From Chiloscyllium plagiosum (lineage: Eukaryota), in assembly GCF_004010195.1 (NCBI RefSeq), contig NC_057718.1, positions 77,940,318 to 78,001,047 on the forward strand: DNA of 60,730 nucleotides, written 5' to 3'. The position numbers and the translations under genes are program-made. The notes beneath the pieces are model-generated. The model did not search any database, had not been told where the DNA came from, and was given only the letters and a program-made list of their open reading frames with translations. Shown here in pieces: positions 37,990 through 49,460 of this stretch; position 1 is the first letter of the stretch, and every line of letters begins with the position of its first letter.

Positions 37990-38147
37990 AAGTCTCAAAG
38001 CAATGGTCCAGAAAAGGAGAAAGAGGGTGTGATCCAGAACTTTAAACGGACACTGTCGAAGAAGGAAAAGAAAGAGAAAAAGAGGCGGGAAAAGGAAGCG
38101 TTAATGCAAACTGTAGATGATGATCGACCTATTTCCAGTGGTGATGG
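37990..38147 (+). CDS. AFDN: Afadin coding exon (exon 4), basic linker; 158 nt (155 nt with the distal NAGNAG acceptor), phase 0 to 2
   Basis: ttgacag|AAGTCTCAA...GATGG|gtaagc. Translates KSQSNGPEKEKEGVIQNFKRTLSKKEKKEKKRREKEALMQTVDDDRPISSGD(G). Confidence 0.95.
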
Positions 38148-39079
38148 GTAAGCTATTTCTCTAACTACTTTCCTTTACCCACAGTTCCTCTAATTACAAT
38201 TGTTCGTTGAATAATGCCATGATGTATACTTAGCTTTGCTGTATGTTGACAGACATGAATATTTTGGTATAGTCAGTATCTTCAGATGTTTAGTTCCGTT
38301 ATATCGAGAACAATATTTGTATACGAGCTAAAATTTAAGTAATATTGCGATAGGTTTGCAACATAAATAAAAAGGTTGGAATTGGAGGTAACACTTCAAC
38401 CATGCAGAAAGGTAGTTCTTGTCTTCCTAAATTCATTTGCTAAGTCTTATGATGTAGGTATAATTGATACTTTAGACTATACCCTTACTATCAGAGTTAA
38501 TTCTTGCTAAACTTGCAACCTGATACTTTTTTGGTTACTAGAATTTCCTTCTCTTCTCACAGTACAAGTTGCCCACAATAATTTTGATAAAGAAAAATCC
38601 TTCAATTAGTCTTTATTCTTTCACAGGATGCTGACATTCCTGGAAAGGCCAGCATTTCTTGACCATCCTGATTGCTCTTAAAACTGGCATTCTCTGCTAT
38701 TTCAAAGGCATTAAGAGTCAACAACGTTGTAGTGAATGTTGTGTAGGCCAGACTGGAGTAGGATGTAAACTTTATACCCTGCAGGGAATAAGCAAATTAG
38801 ATAGGGTTTTTAACAACAGTTAATGATTGTTATCATTACTGAGACTTACTTTTAATCCAGATTTATTTATTAAGTTTTAAACTCCACGGCTGACTGTTAT
38901 GGTAAGATTTGAACACAGCCCAGATTATTTGCCTGAGCTTCTGGTTTACTAGTCCAGTTATATTTGCTTCTACGCTAGTTTGTTCTGCACCACTGATAAC
39001 ATCTGTGGGATATCAAATTAGAAAATCTGGAAAGGGGTATACCATTTATATACCCAAAATGAGACTTGAAAGAATAATA

Positions 39080-39321
39080 GTCTAGATTTAGAGTGGTGCT
39101 GGAAAAGCACAGCAGTTCAGGCAGCATCCGAGGAGCAGTAAAATCGACGTTTCGGGCAAAAGCCCTTCATCAGGAATACATTGTGCTGTATTCCTGATGA
39201 AGGGCTTTTGCCCGAAACGTCGATTTTACTGCTCCTCAGATGCTGCCTGAACTGTGCTTTTCCAGCACCACTCTAATCTAGACTCTGGTTTCCAGCATCT
39301 GCAGTCATTGTTTTTACCTAG
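39080..39321. mobile_element. Palindromic Penelope terminal mini-element with 14-bp TSD
   Basis: TTGAAAGAATAATA at 39066-39079 and 39322-39335; arms 39079-39180 and 39187-39284, 6-nt spacer TTGTGC. Confidence 0.9.
39190..39225 (+). ncRNA. Minimal type I hammerhead ribozyme motif (PLE-type); antisense twin at 39146-39173
   Basis: attc-CTGATGA-A-GGGC-TTTT-GCCC-GAAAC-GTC-gatt: conserved core boxes, 4-bp stem II, palindromic ACGT stem III, GUC site (cleavage predicted after 39221). Activity untested. Confidence 0.65.
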
Positions 39322-40940
39322 TTGAAAGAATAATATGGAAGGGATCATAATGCAGGCCAGAGGGAACTAGGTTTTTCTTAACTTTTTATTTAAGAAACAA
39401 ACTTCTCCATTATGCCACAGAGCTAAATTTATGCAAATTACTGAGAACCTGATAGTTTGTGGTAAATACTTGCAATGCTTATAGTTATAAAATATTGCAT
39501 TAGGAATGAAAGTACACATTCTTTCAGCAGTCATACTTGTATGCCACCCTTTAAAATAATGTTCTATACTTTTTTCTGACATTTTGTAACAGGTTTATTT
39601 CTATGCAAGTCATAAGATAATTATAAACCAGGAAGTCCATTTGTTAAAAATTTCCTGTTACTGCATCTAATTGCTTCAAATAATTCAAACATTTTTGCCA
39701 CAACTGTTTCATCGCAAAGCTCATCCCATGCATTTATCACTCTTCTCTGAAGATTTTCTTAATGATCAGATTGAGAATTGTTGTCCTAAACGCTCAGTTT
39801 AATTATGTAATCTACAAAATTTATTTTTCCAATTGCCTTAGTTATGTTAAAAACTGTTAAGCTTGTAAGCTGAAAAGTTACAAATGTTTTCAGCCTTTCC
39901 TCATAAATCAGACCACTGCCACTTGATATTGCCCATGCCAGAGCTTGTATGTTGTTAACCAGAACTAAATAAAGTGCTCCAGGTGTAGAGAAATCAGAAT
40001 TGTACATGTCGAATCATGATGTGTAAGTTCTATTTCCGTTTATAATTTTGTAGTATTGCTTTTTGTTCTGTGTCCTTCAAGTGCTGCACAACTTACATTT
40101 AGTTCTGTAGTAACATTTCATTTGGAACTTGGCCATCTGGCTTTTGGTATCTGGGAAAATGAGTCCAATCTGCTGATGTTACTTTCCCTGATCCATAAGG
40201 TTAGTTGAAGTGCTTCATTGGATCTATGTTGACTACTATTTTATACATTGCCCCAGAACAGTAGAAGATCTAGCCAATCCATGTTGGAGTTACTTAATGG
40301 AGAACAAGTCCATTCTCGCCTTGCGGGCACTCCAGTCCACCCTATCACTTTAATGCCTTAGGGCTAGCTGACCTGGCACTCTGAAAAGGGTGTCCTCCAT
40401 AACAGAAATGTGATTGAGATTAATTGCAATCTGGACAATTTGGTATGTTAAGAAAACTTCTTAGCAATCAATGTGCAATTCCTTAAGACTCCCTTACCCA
40501 ATCTAATGTCTTCAGTTTCCAGAAGAAAGCAGAAACAAGCTGTCAATTAAATCCATAGTCCAACAGTGATGTGACCAGAATGAATGACCAAAGCCAATGG
40601 GAGGTTACTGAGTTGATCTTGCTATTACCTACTGCAATTGGACCCAAGAAGCTAAGACCATTATCTTTAAATGCCTAATTCTGCCTTTCTATCTGTACTT
40701 TGCTGATAGATCCTAATATGTCAGTTTACTCATTCTTGAATGAAATATTCAGTTCATGAAGCCACCAAAATCCATGAAACTAGCGGCTTGTTAGACAAAT
40801 TTCTGATAGTCTCCAAGACGATGCAATCAAATTACATTTTACTTGAGCTTTACATCTGACTTGAAATTAATTAATCTTGTTATCATCTGCATTATTTCCC
40901 TAGTGCAAGTTTTAAAATGATAATCTCTTTCTATCAAAAG

Positions 40941-41107
40941 TGAGAACTCAAGTTCACATCTTGCAGCGGAGGTATACAAAGACATGCCAGAGACTAGCTT
41001 CACCCGTACAATATCTAACCCTGAAGTAGTTATGAAACGCAGACGACAACAAAAGTTAGAACAAAGAATGCAAGAATTCCGTAGTGGTGATGGACGGCCA
41101 GATTCAG
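40941..41107 (+). CDS. AFDN: Afadin coding exon (exon 5); 167 nt, phase 2 to 1
   Basis: ctatcaaaag|TGAGAAC...GATTCAG|gtattg. Translates ENSSSHLAAEVYKDMPETSFTRTISNPEVVMKRRRQQKLEQRMQEFRSGDGRPDS(G); overlaps ORF 40984..41211. Confidence 0.95.
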
Positions 41108-42287
41108 GTATTGTTTGCATGACTTCTTTAATGCAGACCAGCATCCCATACCTTTCAGGGGAGTTAACAAAAAATAGTAAACAAGTTATAAGAACAGTGA
41201 TCAAAACCTAGTCAAGCTTTTCAGAAAGCTAGGATTTTCTCAGAAGTGGGTTTTAAGCGGCCTCAAATGAGACCGGGTAGGTGAAGGAATTTAGAATAGG
41301 AATTCGGAGTACGGAGTCAAACCAATGTAAGGTGCAGCACCAGTGACAGGCTGAAAGAAATGAGAAGTGTTCAATATGCTCTAGAGCTTCCCATTGTTAG
41401 GGATAAGACCCTGAAGTGGTATCTTCTGCTGCTGCACTGAGTAGAGGTGGACAGTGTTATAGAGCTAGATGTAAATGATTGTGACAGAGTGTACATGTGG
41501 CTTTGCTTTAGGTAGAACACACTCTGCATTTTATGACTGTATGGACCAGTCAGCTAGCTGCTGAAAGAAATTGCAATTTTTTTTTAAAAAATCTGTGGTT
41601 TATCATTGTTACACAGACTGATCTTGTAAGTTTTGGTGGAAGAGAAAGTGATTTGAGAGAAACTATCATATTCTCCTGAATGGATGATGTTCATAAAACA
41701 ATAGCTACTAATTTTTGTGCTAGTGTCACTGATTATTTCTGAGAAACTGGCACTTTACTGCAACTAACTGTGGGGAAAGTAGTGAAATGTACTGATTGAT
41801 CTGCTCTCCGTCTGGGCAGTTGCATTTCTCTGCTGTTTCTTAAATTCCTTTCAGAGATTGGAAAATTTCATCGCAGATTTTTGGATGACTGGGTATGAAT
41901 AATGTGTTCATAATGTACATGTTTTAAAAAGTTATTGTCTTCATAATTGGTTTATTGTAACATATCTAAGCTGACCATTAGTTAAGAGATGATTCAATAT
42001 ACTTAAGTAGGAAACAATGGCCTAGATATTTTGATGACAAGGCAATAGTTTCTATACCAATATTGGAGTTGTGCATTGAGATCTATGCAATCCCTGATAC
42101 TGTTTAGTCTGTAGAAATATCCTGGGTAATTAGTCTGCATCTGGAACTTTCTGAAGGAAGCCATTAGAAATTGGAGGGTTTCAAATGACTAAAGCTTAAT
42201 AGTTACCCAGGAAGAGTTGGAGAATACAAAAATCTACTCAAACTGAACCCCTGACCCTCCAAACTGCACACGCAGGACTCCTGGCAT

Positions 42288-42862
42288 TAGAACATAGAAC
42301 ATAGAAGAATACAGCGCAGTACAGGCCCTTCGGCCCTCGATGTTGCACCGATCCAAGCCCACCTAACCTACACTAGCCCACTATCCTCCATATGCCTATC
42401 CAATGCCCGCTTAAATGCCCATAATGAGGGAGAGTCCACCACTGCTACTGGCAGGGCATTCCATGAACTCACGACTCGCTGAGTAAAGAACCTACCCCTA
42501 ACATCTGTCCTATACCTACCCCCCCTTAANNNNNNNNNNNNNNNNNNNNNNNNNNNNNNNNNNNNNNNNNNNNNNNNNNNNNNNNNNNNNNNNNNNNNNN
42601 NNNNNNNNNNNNNNNNNNNNNNNNNNNNNNNNNNNNNNNNNNNNNNNNNNNNNNNNNNNNNNNNNNNNNNNNNNNNNNNNNNNNNNNNNNNNNNNNNNNN
42701 NNNNNNNNNNNTTTGCCATCAACTACTACCCTCTGTCTTCTTCCAGCCAGCCAACTCCTAATCCAAACCTCCAACTCACCCTCAATGCCATACCTCCGTA
42801 TTTTTTGCAGTAGTCTACCATGGGGAACCTTATCAAATGCCTTACTAAAATCCATATACATC
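42288..42862 (-). mobile_element. Young CR1 LINE 3' part spanning the assembly gap
   Basis: tagaacatagaacatagaa reversed tail; ORF 42526..42990(-) YMDFSKAFDKVPHGRLL. Confidence 0.88.
42530..42711. other. Assembly gap (182 N)
   Basis: Run of n. Confidence 1.
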
Positions 42863-43352
42863 CACCCAACTGGACCCTTTTGGAACTGAACACTCAACTG
42901 AAGTCCTCTCCTGCCGATTGGACCAACAGAGCTGACACTTACCTCTTCGTCCGTCTGCAAGCTCCCCCTTCCCATTTTTGAGAAAAGCAACTGCTAATCT
43001 CTCACTCTGTAAGAGACGGCAAAATACCTGGCTGTGTTTTTGGACTTCAGTTTACAGATACCACATGCTGACTCCTGCAAAAGAGGGTGTGGTTTCCACA
43101 CTGGATTCCTGGACAGCCTTATAGCACAAAGGCCCTGTCCTGGAACCTGCAGAACAGAACATATTGAAATTTAACTGGGTAATTTTAATCTAATCCACAT
43201 TGGGGCGGGGTGGGAACATTTCTGGACCTGATTGGAATATCTGGGCTTATTTTTTGTTTTGATGTTTTCAAATTGTAGAAACTGTAATCAACACTAAAAC
43301 AATTTAATCTGGCTAATAAACATTTTGAAAAGTTGTTTACTTTTGCTTCCAG

Positions 43353-43510
43353 GTGGAACTCTTAGGATTTATGCAGATAGTTTAAAGCCGAATATACCAT
43401 ATAAGACCATCTTGCTGTCCACAACAGATACATCAGACTTTGCTGTAGGAGAAGCCCTTGACAAGTATGGATTGGAGAAGGAAAACCCAAAGGAATATTG
43501 TATAGCACGG
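43353..43510 (+). CDS. AFDN: Afadin coding exon (exon 6), RA2 domain N-part; 158 nt, phase 1 to 0
   Basis: ttgcttccag|GTGGAACT...GCACGG|gtatgt. Translates GTLRIYADSLKPNIPYKTILLSTTDTSDFAVGEALDKYGLEKENPKEYCIAR. Confidence 0.97.
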
Positions 43511-44659
43511 GTATGTGTACTACTTGTGCATATGCATATTTAGAATACCTTTTTTATTTAGGGTTGACAGCTGCTTGCACTAGATGCTCCATGTCAATTA
43601 AAATTGTTTAATTTTCAGAACATTGGGTATTTAATGTTACAGAAATTAGTTTGTTTATTGGACTTAAAAACTCTTCATGGATTGCTTGCATACCAAACAA
43701 CAAAAGCAGCGCACTCTCTGATCTAAGCAATCCCACAGGCAACAGATCAGATCACAGCTATGAAATTCTCCCACATACTGTAAGCACTGGTGTACAATTA
43801 AGGGACTGAAAGGAAGAAGCTGTTCAGCTATCCTCATCTTTAAGGATGACAGACCCCAATCTAAATGCAAACGATGAGGCTGAAACAACCTTTTGAAATA
43901 TCTTGTGTAACATCTTTTGTTGTAACGTCATGTATCAAGAGCTGCTATTCCTGGAGTTGCATTAAATGTTAAAAGTTTTTTTAAGGTATGCGCAATTTAC
44001 CTTACTCCAGATCAAGGTTGATAAAAAGCATGGACGAGATTTCTGATTTCTAAACAATAACTGAAGTAATTAGACTATAGCTACAAGTAAATAGACACCT
44101 TGGCATTTAATATTAAAACGTTTAATTTCCTTATAAACAGCCCCTTGTTAAATCTGTGTAACGTTATTCAACATGCCTTACAAAAGGCATGTTGGAATTA
44201 TATTAGTTCATTGACCATTGAAAGGTTATTAACTACTTGGTATTTTTGCCCACCAAAATATAATTGTCCTTTTAGCAAGTATGCTACATCAGCTGATAAC
44301 CCGACTATAATCAAAATCTCAAACTATATTAAAAAGTACAATGCCCAAATGTCAAATGGCACATACCACTGTTTAGAAATCATGCATCTGAGGTGACTCC
44401 TTTGCGTTCATCTTTTCTACCAGACTAAAGCAAACCGCATTAATACTTTACTCCTGTGAACAGTATTGTTAATCTCTTCCCCACATGCTGTTTCTAACAT
44501 TAAAACTTCAGATAAAAAATAACTTTTATTTGTGTATGCATTCCTACTAAGGAGTTATTATTCCTTCTATGACTGGCAATTCTTTGGAGCATGTCCATTT
44601 CTAAAAGTTAGTTTTGTTTACTTTTTTTCATGTTACATGTAGTTAAATGTCCTCTTTCT

Positions 44660-44910
44660 CACCAGGTGTAAATCCAGCCACACTTCATTTTATTACTAGA
44701 TTGATTTTCAAGGTCACTCTAGTGAGATGAGTCATCAAGTTTATAGTTCAACAAAGTTGGTTATATCACATTGTCATTTGTGGGAGCATGCTTTGTGAAA
44801 ATTGACATTCTTACATCCTACAGTCACAACAAGTAAAGTATTTTTGAAGTGTAAAGGACTTTGGGATGTCCTGAGATCTTAATAGAATTATATAAATGCA
44901 AATTTCTCAA
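44660..44910 (+). mobile_element. Ancient Deu-domain-type SINE 3' part; inverted partial copy at about 45013-45110; another copy at about 52340-52540
   Basis: tatcacattgtcatttgtgggagcatgct...gtaaaggactttgggatgtcctgag...tatataaatgcaa matches my recollection of DeuSINE (SacSINE1/AmnSINE1-like) 3' consensus. Confidence 0.55.
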
Positions 44911-45182
44911 GTTTCACATGTATGTTTGTACTGACTGCTGTTGCAGCCATTTGGTTCCAAGAATTTAAAGTCTATAGCTGAGCTTATGGAGCATTCATAA
45001 TAAAAGAAATGGAAAGACTTAAATTTAAGTGCCACCTTTTAACACATGACATCCCAAACACTTCATAGCCAGTGAAGCTTTGAAGTGTATTCCTTCTTGT
45101 AATAATGGAAAGATCTTACTGAAAATATCATTCGTCTTCCAAGTAGTCATCTGGAGTTTTGCTTCCGCTAAGAGATCGTAAA

Positions 45183-46850
45183 ACTATAAGAAATAGGATC
45201 AGGAGTAGACAGTTTGGTCCCTTAAGCCTGCTCCTTCAATCAGTAGGATCGTGGCTGATCCAACATACCTCATGACCATTTTTCTGCCCTTTTCTAATTT
45301 ATTTCTCCCATATCAAGAATCTATCTCAGCCTTGAATATACACAAGCTCTCTGACCCCACAGCTCTCTATGAGAAAAAGTTCCTCCTTATCTCAGTCTTA
45401 AATTGGTGCCCTTTTATTCTGAGACTATGCCATCTTGTCTTAGACTATTCCATGAGGGGAAACATCCTTTCAGTATTTACCCATGTTAAGCCTCTTAACC
45501 ATCTTCAGGATTTCAATGAGATCATCTCTCATTTTTCTAAACTGTTGAGTGGAGACCCAATCTATGCAGCCTTTGCTCATAAGACAATCCCTCCTTACCA
45601 GGGATAATCCTAGTTGACCTTTCTCTGGTCTACCTCCAATGAAATTACATTGCTTCTTAAATAAGAGGACTCAAACTGCTCACAGTACTCCAGATGTGGT
45701 CTCATCAGTACCCTGTACAGCTGCAATAAGACTTCCTTAGTCATAGTCTTGTATTCCAACTCCCTTGAAATAAAGGCCTTCCCGATTGCATGCTGCACCT
45801 GTCTACCAGCTTTGTGTTTTGTGCCAGTACCTCCAAGTCCTTTTATGTTCAGCTTTCTGCAGATTTTCTCTATTTAAATAATTTTCTGCTCTCTTGTTCT
45901 TCATTCCAAGATGAACAATTTCATATTTGCTCACTTACAGCCGATCAATTTATCTCTAAACTGTATCTCTCTCACTCTTTTTTTCTACCTACTTTTTTCA
46001 TCTGCACATTTGCAACAGTGCATTCACTTCCTTCCTCCAAGTCATATATATTGTAAACAGTTAAGGTCCCAACACTGAGCCCACTGGCCATGGGTCACCA
46101 GCCTGAAAAAGAAACTCTTATTCCCTGTTGCTGTTTCCTGCCCTTAAGCCAATTCTGTATCCTTGCCAATATACTGCCTCTTTGACATATCTTTTTGAGG
46201 GGTACATTGTTGATCGCCTTCTGGAAGTCCAAGTACAATCCATCTACTGGTTTCCCTCTACCCACTCTGGTTGAGACTTCCTTCAAAAACTCTAATAAAT
46301 CGTCAGACATGGCTTCCCTTTCAGGAAGCCATGCTGACCCTCCTTCATTGGATTATGATTTTCTATGTGTTGTACTACGACTTTAATAACCGATTCCAAT
46401 ACATTTCCAACAATAGATGGAAGGTTAATAAGCATAGGGTTACCGTTTTTTGCCTCCCTCCCTTTTTGAATAGGGGTGTCACATTAGCAGTTTTCCAATC
46501 TCTGGTACTTGTCCAGAATACAAGGATTTTTGGAAAAATACAACCAATGCAGCCACTATTTCTGTTGTCACTACTTTTAGGAAGTGAGGATGCAAGCCAA
46601 TAGGGGCCAAGGTTTTATCTGCTTTCAGCCCCATTAGTTTGTCTATTACTACTATTTTTAGTGATGGCGATGGAACTTAATTCCTCCTTTTAGTATTCTT
46701 AAATACGAAAGGAATGTTCAAAATAGCTTCCACCATACAGATTGATGGAAAATGTTTAATTCCTCTGCCATTTCCATACTCCCCAAAACAGTCTCCCCAA
46801 ATTCATTTTCTAAAGGCCACGTGTTTACTTTGACCTTTCTGTTTACTGTT
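45183..46850 (-). mobile_element. Decayed CR1 LINE
   Basis: ORF 45610..45798(-) LLQLYRVLMRPHLEYC; ORF 46095..46310(-) LYLDFQKA. Confidence 0.85.
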
Positions 46851-47268
46851 TTGGACTGGAAAGTGAATGATGTGGAAATCTAGACTGCAGGGAGGACCTT
46901 AAGATTCTGCTGGCTGACCTTCACTTTGGGCTATGCAATTTAATATTAGCTATACATTGATCAAAGCGCCAATATTTAAATGTGCAGGCAATGCAATGTA
47001 ATGTTCAATCACTACAATAAGTTCAGGACTAATTTAAATCAGACTGCATTATCAAACAAAGTTAAAAGATAACTATAGGGTTACCACTTAACAGATGGTA
47101 CTCAGAACTTTAAGTCACTAAATATATTATTGACTGGCATTTTCGTGCTTTGCTGATAAAATGTGGAAGTGATGAAAATACAAATAGGCTTCAAATGGAT
47201 TTAGACATTGGGAGAATGGACAAGAAATGTCAAATTGAAGATGAATGGAAGAATAATTTAATAATATA

Positions 47269-47665
47269 TTAGAACATAGAACAGTACAGTGCATAACAGG
47301 CCCTTCGGACCTCGATGTTGCGCCAATTTATGAACTATTCTCAGCTCATCCCCCTATGCTATCCCGTCATCATATGCTTATCCAAAGATTGTTAAATCTC
47401 CCTAATGTGGCTGAGTTAGCTACATTGGCAGGTAGAGCATTCCATGCCCTTAACACTCTGAGTAAAGAACCTGCCTCTGACATCTGTCTTAAAACTATCA
47501 ACCCTCAATTTGTAGTTATGCCTCCTCGTACAAGCTAATGTCATCACCCTAGGGAAAAGACTGTCACTGTCTACCCTATTTAATCCTCTCATCTTGTATG
47601 TCTCTATCAAATCCCCTCTTAGCCACCTTCTTTCCAGTGAGAACAGACTCTAGTCTCTTAGCCTT
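47269..47665 (-). mobile_element. CR1 3' fragment
   Basis: ORF 47416..47610(-) IETYK...GRFFTQ; tagaacatagaacag reversed tail. Confidence 0.85.
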
Positions 47666-47739
47666 TATTAGCTTTACTACAAGATGATCTAAGTATTGGT
47701 ACAGTTGTATGGAGTTACAGTGAGATAACATCTTTCAAA

Positions 47740-48930
47740 GCCTTGGTTCAATCATGGTCAAGACAGCTGAATTCCAGAGGTAAATCTGACTGCCCTTAAT
47801 GTCAAGGCTGCATTTGCCCAAGTGTAGTAATACGGAGGTCTAGTAAAACTGGAGTCAGTTGGTATAAAGAGAGAAATCAATGCTGGTTGGAGTCCTACCT
47901 CTCATATTGTTGTAGTTTTAGTTGTTGGAAATCAGGCACTTCAGATCTTGTACTTCAGGGTGGATATTGTTAATCAACCTGGTCAGAGATATGACACTAT
48001 GAACTAGAAGGCCAGGCTCAAGTCAACATGTCCAGAGGTTAGGGGTACTACCACTGCACCACAAGAATTGCTGAGTTCATCAGGCTAGTGTTCTGAGCCC
48101 AATCATCAGCAGCTTCATCAATAAGACTAAGGTGGGGATGTTTGTCAATGACAGCACAATGTTCAGCACCATTTACAGCGACTTAGTTACTGAAGCACTC
48201 CTATGTTCAAGTGAAGCAAAACCTGAACAAGTCCAGGCTTGGGCTGACAGTTGGTCAGCGATATTGATGCACAGAAATGACAGGTAATGGTCATCTCTAT
48301 TAGAGAGAATCTAACCACTGACCCTTGACTTTGTGGCATTACCAACACTGAATTCCGTACAATCAACATCCTTGATTACCATTAACCAAAACTGAACTGA
48401 ATGAGCCTTGTAAATACAGTAGCCACGAGATCAGATTGAGGCTAGCAATCCTGCAGTGGATAACTCACTCCCTTACTCCCCAGCCACAAATCAGGAGTGG
48501 TATGGAATACTTGCCTGAATGAGTGCAGCTCCATCAACACAAACTTAACACATTCCACTACAAATCAGCTGGCTTAACTGGCACCACATCTACATACATC
48601 CAGTCTCTTCAGTGACATTCAGTAGCAGTGGTAGGTACCATTTAATGATTCACTGCAGGAATTTACCAAAGCTCCTTAACACTTTTCAAGCCTATGATTA
48701 CTTTCATATCGAAAAGCAAGGGCAGCAAATACCTGGATACACCACAATCTGCAAGTTCCCCTCCAAGGCATTCACTGTCCTGAATTGGAAATGTGCTTCC
48801 ATTCCTTCAGTGTCATTTGGTCAAAGTCTTGGAATTTCCTCCCTAACTAGGTATAACTATAGAGCATGGTCTGCAGCTGCTCAAGAAAATAGTTCATCAG
48901 CACTTTCTTGGAGGCAGCTAGGAATGGGAA
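47740..48930 (+). mobile_element. Decayed CR1-clade LINE (family of 13790-15350)
   Basis: Colinear similarity: aattccagaggt, ggggatgtttgtcaatgacagcacaatgttcagcaccatt, caccacaatctgcaagttcccctcc. Confidence 0.65.
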
Positions 48931-49349
48931 AGAAAAGGTTGTTGGTGATATACTGGTTCTACAGATTTCTGCTTTAAATTATGGTGTCTGTGATACTTTT
49001 TTCTAAAATTTACATGGGGTACAAAAGTCTCAAAAAAGTGCCTGACGTTAGCTTCATTGGAATTTATTTTGTTCAACTTATTTTCATGTCATATTATCAA
49101 TCCCACATTTTTTTCAGATTATAAATATCATTAGTAATTGGAATTTAAAATATTAAATATTGGTGTTAATTTTATGGATGTAACACTTGTTTTGTTCGCA
49201 GTTCAAATAAGTTAAAGCATAGTCATACAGCATGGAAACAGGCTCCTTGGCCCAAACCATCCTTGTCCACCAGCTTTCCTAAACTGAATTAGTCCCATTT
49301 ATGTGTATTTGACCCATGTCCCTCTAAACCTTTCCTATTCATGTACCTG

Positions 49350-49460
49350 AAGGGCTTATGCCTGAACCATTGATCCTCCTTGGATGCTGCCTGACCACCT
49401 GAGCTTTTCCAGCATCACATATTCGACTCTGATCTCCAGCATCTGCAGTCCTCACTTTCT
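49350..49460 (+). mobile_element. Penelope terminal fragment with 16-bp TSD inside a CR1 3' end (about 49217-49720, minus)
   Basis: CCTATTCATGTACCTG 49334-49349 and CCTATCCATGTACCTG 49461-49476; insert begins within a decayed hammerhead motif. Confidence 0.8.
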
